Source: Proteromonas lacertae
Taxonomy: Eukaryota
NCBI GenBank assembly: GCA_002245135.1
Contig: NGBS01000015.1
Span: 124,001-153,504, forward strand
DNA length: 29,504 bases
Direction of reading: 5' to 3'
A program made the translations under genes and the position numbers. The notes beneath the pieces were generated by a model that did no database searches, was not told the origin of the DNA, and was given only the letters and a program-made list of their open reading frames with translations. This document shows positions 23,181 to 29,504 of this stretch, piece after piece. Position 1 is the stretch's first letter. Each line of letters opens with the position of its first letter.

Positions 23181-23750
23181 ATGCAGACAACTACTAAATC
23201 AGTTTTACAAGATGGCCCTATGACAGAAGAAGTACATCTAGTATTTTATATGTGTTTAGGAGATTAAAACTTTGTTAAATAAAATGAAAAGTGCAAGTAA
23301 TGGACCAAAAGTAGTTACTCAGAGAGTATATCTTAGTTTGAAAATGAATAGTTACATGAATTGGATAATACAATAAAACATCACAGAAATAAAGAAGCTC
23401 AAGCAAAGAAGCGAATTGAACAATGTAACAACGAAATTGCCATGATAGACAAGCAAATTGAACAGATAAATGAAAGGTATATTCCTCTTAAAAAGAGTAT
23501 GGAAGAAAAGATTGAGAGAAGAAAATATCTTTCAGAACAACTTGGATTAGCTATGAGAACAATGAATGGAGTTATAAATACTACAAGAACTCAAACATTA
23601 AAGACACTTACCGCTACATCGAAAAATATATCATTTTTAATTAGAATATCATTTTTTTCTTTAATGGTTGTGTAAACTCGTGAATTTACCAGTCAGCAGT
23701 TAACAGCTGAAAGAGGATATTCCGTAAGAGCTAAAACAAAATGTAAATAA
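23181..23750 (+). CDS. Short coiled-coil protein, SSNA1/DIP13-like; introns 23232-23259 and 23326-23351, plus a probable non-canonical intron at about 23628-23677
   Basis: Two canonical introns link ATG 23181 to ORF 23361. LHELDNTIKHHRNKEAQAKKRIEQCNNEIAMIDKQIEQINERYIPLKKSMEEKIERRKY aligns by eye without gaps to the SSNA1 core (EL...I.....K...KI..R). Coding-like sequence resumes in the same frame at 23676 and runs to TAA 23748-23750. Confidence 0.6.
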
Positions 23751-23848
23751 GATAAAATACAATTAATTATTCTATTTATTTATTAAAGTATTGTTTTGTA
23801 TGTTAATAATAGACTATCTGTTTGATAGAACAAAACAAAAGGCATTAA

Positions 23849-25258
23849 TTATTTATTATAAGCAGGATACTGCTGTTGGGGAGGATATTGAGATTGTTGT
23901 TGATTATACTGTAATGGCTGAATTGGTATTGGTTGTTGCTGTGGTTGTGTTTGAATGAAATGTTGTGGTTGAATTTGAGGTTGATTTGTATTTATTGTAG
24001 TAGGAATAGGTAGAGTATGTAATGGTTGATTATTATTTGATGAAAATGAAAGTTGATTTTGAGTATAACTATATTGTAATGACTGATTGTTAGTTGGTGG
24101 AAAAGGAGGTTGTTGTTGTTGTTGATGGTGTGTATTTGGTTGAATTGTCAATGGTTGATGATTATTTGGAGTAAATGGAGATTGATTAATGTTTATTTGA
24201 GGTTGTGGTTGTGTTTGGTTATATAGAAACTGTTGAGGTTGAGAAATCGAAGTGTGAAAATAATGTGGTTGTTGTTGTAGAGGTTGTGGTTGTGAATATT
24301 GTGATGATGATGATGATGATGGAGGAGGTGATTGTTGAGGATTATATTGTACAGGTAATGGCCGTTGAATAGTATTTGCAGCAACAGGTTGTGATTGAAG
24401 AGATTGAATATCAAACACACTTGGAATACACAAATTGCATAACAATGGAGAATGAATAACTGAGAGAGATTCTACAAATTTTATCCCTGGAGGAATATAA
24501 AAAACTTTAATAATTGTATTATATATAAAAATATAATCACTACATTTCTTTTTACCACTAACAAAATATGTATTATTATTGTCTTTATTTATATTTGAAA
24601 AAATAATATTACTTAATTTCTTTATACTATCTGAATCTGGTTCATCAACAAATGTTCCACATAATATAACTGGATTTGGAAAGTATCTACTTATCTCATA
24701 TAACAGTTTATCTATAAATCCTTCTCTAGATTTTTTATTTTCATCATTTTTAAATAACAAATTTACACTGCAAATATAAAACTTATATTGCTTTGCATTA
24801 TTAGTTATAGTTAATTCAACTATATCTACTTTATTAATTGAATTATCTGGTTCTGCCAAACATATTATTTTGTGAGTAATTAAAGAACCATCATAATTCA
24901 AGTAATTAGGAATAGCTACAAAGTTAACTGGTCCTGTTAATATATCTAATTCTTTTATATATTAATGAAACTGATGATAAAAATGGTTCAAACAAAAAAA
25001 GATATACTCTTTGAAGGAATGGTATAATTATAGGTAGTTAATAACTCATATAATGCATCCCATTGAACAGTTTTTACACTTTGAAAGCACATAATATAAG
25101 GAACACTTTTATCTAGCAATTGTGACAAGAAATCTTTAAAAGCCTCAAAATTGAAGTTATCTTTTCCTTTTTTAATACTATTTTATAGAAATATCGATAT
25201 AAAAATTATACAAAGGTGATATATTAAAAGACAATACACTAATGTTTAAACATTCCAT
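23849..25258 (-). CDS. Degenerate exonuclease/endonuclease/phosphatase (EEP; CCR4/nocturnin/PDE12-like) domain protein with a long Gln/Pro-rich C-terminal tail
   Basis: ATG 25258 MECLNISVLSFNI, then introns at about 25211-25178 and 25007-24952 (the second is less certain). EEP-like motifs occur in the right order: SFNI, IMCFQSV, PVILCGTF, SDYIF, IHSPL. The last ~170 aa are Q/P/N/S low-complexity. Confidence 0.65.
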
Positions 25259-25375
25259 TTTAAAATTTCACCTAAAGCTTGACAAATAAAATTTTCAAAC
25301 CCCCTAAATACCTTTTAATTTTAAAAATCAGATTTCTACATGTGTTTGTGTTGCAAATCGTGTGTGTCTAATTTT
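25259..25375. promoter_or_regulatory. Putative bidirectional promoter (117 bp) between the EEP-like gene and the 4-TM gene, containing AAGCTTG
   Basis: Head-to-head ATGs at 25258 (-) and 25376 (+), with AAGCTTG at 25275-25281. Confidence 0.45.
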
Positions 25376-27291
25376 ATGAATTCTTCAAGAAGTTCACAGT
25401 ATGATGTAAGTGTTATTTTTTTATAGGGCAAACTCGTTAGTGTTATTTGCTTTCTTTTATTTCATCATAATAGGATTAATATTTTTCTTTTTGCCTATAT
25501 TAGATTTAACGACTTCACAGTGTGATGCAATAATAATAGTATATTTAAACAGTAATTCTGTAGATTAATGCTGTTATTGACATTATAAATGCAGTTTATT
25601 TATATTATATATTCTGGCTTCTAAAGCAATCACTAATAGCAAATGTTGGTGATGATGACAATAATACCTCATTGTCAATGAAAATAGGTCATTTAGTCAG
25701 AACAAATCACATCGTTTTCTCTCACCCAGTATTATCAGTAATTGCATTTATATGGATTTGCGTTTCAATGAAAATCGCTGATTCATTTGTTATTGAAACA
25801 TCATTGGTTGTACAATTTGTGCTGAATTTACTCGGATTTATAATGTTTAGTTTATTATTATATATAATTCCATGTATATGCAGTAGAAAACAATGTAAAA
25901 ACACAAACATCAATGTGATTAAAAAAGAAAGAAATTCAAGCAATTTCTTAAATAATTCAAATTCTTCATTTGGGTTATATTCATCAGTGCCAAAAATGAG
26001 TCCAGTAGAAGGAATTAAAATAAGTCAAAAACCTGTAACGTTGTATGTAACACCAGAAAGTCAAGAAAGTCATGTATATATTACTCCAATATCAACTCCA
26101 AGTTCAACAATAGGTTCAACAAAAACAGCTGAGAATAAAGAAGATGAAAAATCAGATTTACACATTTCTACTTCTTCTTCATTATCATCTAATAAAGATA
26201 AAATATTAACAAATGAAAATGGTAATGGTAATAAACAAATACAGAATTTAATTAACAATAATGAAGAGATTGTTATTTTACCTAATAATCCATCAGTTAA
26301 ATCTGATTATATAATCTCACAAATGACAAATAATAAAAATAATGTTCCTCCACTTCCAGATATTAATACCATTCAATATGATGATGAAAATGATTCACAA
26401 AATCCATTAATTGATTCAACTCAAAGACCACTCAGCACAATAATAGAAGAAAATGAAGAAAATAATGGTTTAACACCTCATCCACAACAACAACAACAAC
26501 AACAACCATTACCAGTACTACTACAACATCCTGTATCTGTACAATTTGTCAATGAAACACAAACATTATTTGCTCGAGCTCAAGCTGGTGGAAATAATGA
26601 TAATGATTCAAAATCGATAATGCATATACATCAACCACAATATAATAATAATAATAATAATCACCAATTACAGTTTAAATCACAGTCGGAAACCAGTACT
26701 AGAACCAAATCCAAGCTTTAATAGACAAATGGATTTAACATCTTCCAGTTTTTCCTATTCGCATTATCATCGTAATAATACAATGAAAAGAAGTAATGGA
26801 ACAAATGTTGGATTATTTGCAATGCCTTCTGAATCGACTTTACTTGTATATTTATACGTTTATTATTAATTATTATTATATAGTCAAACACATCTTTATT
26901 GAGGAATAGTAGTATTGATAGTTTATCATCAGATGCAAGTTTTGTATTTAACCCTCCATTAAGACAACAATCTTCTTACCCAATCAGAGATAATAATTCT
27001 CAGCATAGTAATCCCAGTTTTCCTATTGATATAGCCCCATGTGGAAGTAATTCAAGTTTGAGAGAGAATATTGAGGATGAAAATGAGTTTAGATATACTT
27101 CTCCGCCAGTTGAAAGTTATACGTCTGATTATGTTACTCCTGGTGGGTATATTGAAGAAATACCAGTTGATCCACAGACTATACATATTGATATGGACAA
27201 TGTTGATCCAGTAGCTAGAAATAAAATTTTGAGAGGTTTAGAAGAAAAGAGGAAAAGGGATGAGCGTAAAAAAGAGGATAATAGTAAGTAA
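25376..27291 (+). CDS. Hypothetical membrane protein: about 4 N-terminal TM helices plus a long S/N/Q/P-rich disordered tail; introns 25399-25426, 25539-25563, about 26846-26883; +1 indel at about 26708
   Basis: Canonical tiny introns join ATG 25376 in frame to ORF 25672. After a 1-nt indel in an A-run the frame continues (NPSFNRQMDLT...ESTLL) and splices into ORF 26899. No family recognised. Confidence 0.65.
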
Positions 27292-27466
27292 ATATATTAA
27301 ATGAAAATGGTTTGATAATATTCACGTTAACATTAGTTATTAGATTTGCATATTTATTTTTTATGTTGTTGTAACTACCTTGTAGAATGAGATATTTTAT
27401 TTTTGGTAATTAAATGTAATAGTTACATATATTGACATTTATTTTCAAAATTAAAATTTGAATCAT

Positions 27467-28125
27467 ATGAATGATACATTTAAAATAAATGATGTTATTA
27501 AAACTCACAATCAATTCAATAACTCAATAGATACTGCCATAACGTATTACTGTCAATACATCTTGAATAGAGATACTCATTTACTTATAAACTCATTAAA
27601 TAAAGTCAAAGTATTTTCATTGTGGAATAAAAATTGTATTTATAGGATGATATTCAAAAAGTTGAAAATCACAAAAGTGATATAAAAATAGAAAAGTCTG
27701 ATGAAGTAAAAAATCTAGAATCAAAGATAAATCAACTTGATGAAAGTATTAAAAAGGCAAAAGCTGACAAAAATGAAGTAAATGTATTATTTTTTGTTTA
27801 TATTTTTGTTCAACAGACCAAGCTTGAAGACACACAAACAGTATTAAACAGAACACATGAACAATTCGAAGATATGCAGAGACATTAGAAAACCTAAGAG
27901 AATTTACACATACTTATAACGGATATTGTGATGATTTAAAAACTGTTAAAGATGGAATAGAGCATGAAAGAGAGAAATTGAGAGAGTTTTTAGATTCAGT
28001 AAGTGAATTCTTAGAAGCAGAAGACGAAGATTTACAAGATGTATTACTATTTGTATTAATTATATATTAAATAGAATGATTATAAAGTATTTGGAGAAAA
28101 AGTGAATAAATTTTTGAAACAATAG
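27467..28125 (+). CDS. Hypothetical coiled-coil protein, 4 exons; introns about 27611-27645, 27784-27816, 28041-28073; 1-nt indel at about 27878
   Basis: GTATT...TAG/CAG introns link K/E/D-rich heptad-like exons (VKNLESKINQLDESIKKAKADKNEVN-TKLEDTQTVLNRTHEQ...). Stop TAG at 28123-28125. Confidence 0.6.
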
Positions 28126-28251
28126 ACAATTAGTAGAAATATAATTTAATTCTTTCTTTCCTCACTTTTGTTGTTTACATGCACAACAATATCAGTATAT
28201 GTAAAATGTTTATTATAATATATTTAAATAATACAACAAAAGTAACGAAAT

Positions 28252-29071
28252 CTAATTAAAAGCTTCAACAGGTGTAACTTCAGGAATCTCGGCAACAGTA
28301 CCAGTGTCCTTCTCAGTAGATTTTCTCTTCTTTTCTCCATCATCATCCCAACTCGACTATCATTAGCAGATTGAGGATCAATCGAACATTTACCAGCATG
28401 AGAAGAATGTCTGCTACTCGGAATAAGTGATCTTTTGATTTGACTGAATATTTGTCTAGAATATTTCTTCACAATTGAATTTTCAGTTAAATAAGAATCA
28501 TCATATTTTTCTATTGTATATACTATCTTCTTTAATAAAGAATCTAAGTAAACTATTTACATACTACACTAGCTATCTTTAACAAACCAATACCCGAACC
28601 CAAGGCAGTGAAAAGTGTAACAATATCAAACTTTCTACCAATTCCATCAATTGTCACAATGATTTTAATTCCATAGATTTTCCATAAATCTCTTTGCTCT
28701 TCTCCATCTACATAGTATTTGGATGAGTATCTGAAGTTAAATCCACTGGAGAAATCAGAATCATCTATTCTTTGGAAAGCTATAGTAGGTTTACAGTTGT
28801 TTAAATTGAAATCTAAATTACAGTCAAATGTAAAAGCAATTAAGATAATTTGTCCCTTTTCTACAGTCTCATTAAAATACTTATAATCTAATTTTTAGGA
28901 TTCTCATTAGCTATTGTCAAAGGATTTCCTCTTAATGCTCCAGCTGCACTAATGTCACTAAGGTAAAATAGATTTAAATTATAAACTAAACTTGTATCTA
29001 CATTAGAAATAGGATTGTAAGGGTAAGTAGGATATCTTCCATCTATTCTAAGAAATACAGTGAAATTACCA

Positions 29072-29112
<41 letters not shown>

Positions 29113-29504
29113 TATATTATATTATATTATATTATATTATATACATGAGATAAGATATTAACTCTTCCAATTTCATCATCTTCTAAATCACACCAAGTTG
29201 TGATTTCACACATTAATTTGTTGGATATTGTGTCATTTCTACATTTACCTGTTGAAATACCATTCGCTGTCATTCTATTCTCTGGGCAAGTCATTGTTAC
29301 ATTATCTGTACATACTTCACTGATTTCAGCTGGTGCTTTACCTTTCTTATCAATACCAGTCATATTACACAGTCTTTGATGAGGCGTATGTACGTAGTTT
29401 GTAGTTATAAATACACCACCTTCTTCTTGTGGAGGAATAACCAAGTCTATAGCATCAAAGAATCTACCACTGTTGGACATAGCATTTCCTTTTACCTTTA
29501 TAGT
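28252..29504 (-). CDS. P2RX: P2X purinoceptor (ATP-gated cation channel), 5' end outside the window; intron 29144-29074; indels at about 28893, 28557, 28508 and 28348
   Basis: Minus-strand translation: TIKVKG, DAIDLVIPPQEEGGVFITTN...TPHQ, CEITTWCDLE, GNFTVFLR, FDCNLD, CKPTIAFQRID, GFNFRYS, RDLWKIYGIKI, GIGRKFD, and TM2 TALGSGIGLLKIASVVC. These are the canonical P2X ectodomain and TM2 motifs. The exact stop (28252 vs 28224) depends on an indel. Confidence 0.92.
29075..29143. repeat. Compound microsatellite, (TA)n followed by (ATTAT)n, filling the P2X intron
   Basis: Directly visible: tatata... at about 29075-29108, then attat repeats to about 29143. Confidence 0.9.

Noticed and set aside
26481..26662. 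(CAA)n and (AAT)n triplet runs, also at about 24110-24320 and 17927-17949
   Set aside because: Ordinary poly-Q/poly-N/poly-S coding tracts or intronic slippage repeats, common in AT-rich protists.
28224..28348. C-terminus of ORF 28224-28472 (RRTLVLLPRFLKLHLL...) as the true P2X tail
   Set aside because: The alternative frame (DDDGEKKRKSTEKDTGTVAEIPEVTPVEAFN, stop at 28252) fits the local codon and composition pattern better and needs only one indel in a G-run. Not proven.
1..29504. Alternative genetic code or general stop readthrough to explain fragmented ORFs
   Set aside because: Almost all interruptions resolve with GT-AG introns or single indels. TAA, TAG and TGA all terminate genes, and a 5.7-kb ORF has no in-frame stops.
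1..29504. Stop codons created by polyadenylation
   Set aside because: Every reconstructed gene with a 3' end in the window has a genomically encoded stop, so no case requires it.

Overview
Very AT-rich, gene-dense eukaryotic (protist) genomic DNA using the standard genetic code, with many tiny spliceosomal introns (mostly 25-46 nt, GTAT/GTAA...TAG). The intron size and GT-rich motifs after stop codons suggest a Blastocystis-like stramenopile, but this is inference. By hand-splicing I reconstruct 14 protein-coding genes: a GDP-fucose transporter (5' partial), two pseudokinase + RNI-like LRR genes, phosphatidylserine decarboxylase, an inactive rhomboid-like protein, a roughly 9.5-kb giant type-I surface protein with a near-identical ~1.26-kb internal tandem duplication, a discoidin-like/SPRY/NPCBM-like protein, CTF8 (absent from the ORF track), MED6, an SSNA1/DIP13-like coiled coil with a candidate AT-AC (U12-like) intron, a catalytically degenerate EEP protein with a Q/P-rich tail, a 4-TM orphan, a coiled-coil orphan and a P2X receptor (5' partial). 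Scattered single-base indels, mostly in homopolymers, point to an imperfectly polished assembly. I see no rRNA, tRNA, CRISPR or mobile element. Best leads: the pseudokinase-LRR gene whose introns all fall in phase 1 at the same LRR position (shuffle-ready exons), the repeated surface protein with a frameshift shared by both copies, an AAGCTTG motif near start codons, the AT-AC intron candidate and the P2X channel. All family calls come from motif recognition by eye, not from database searches.
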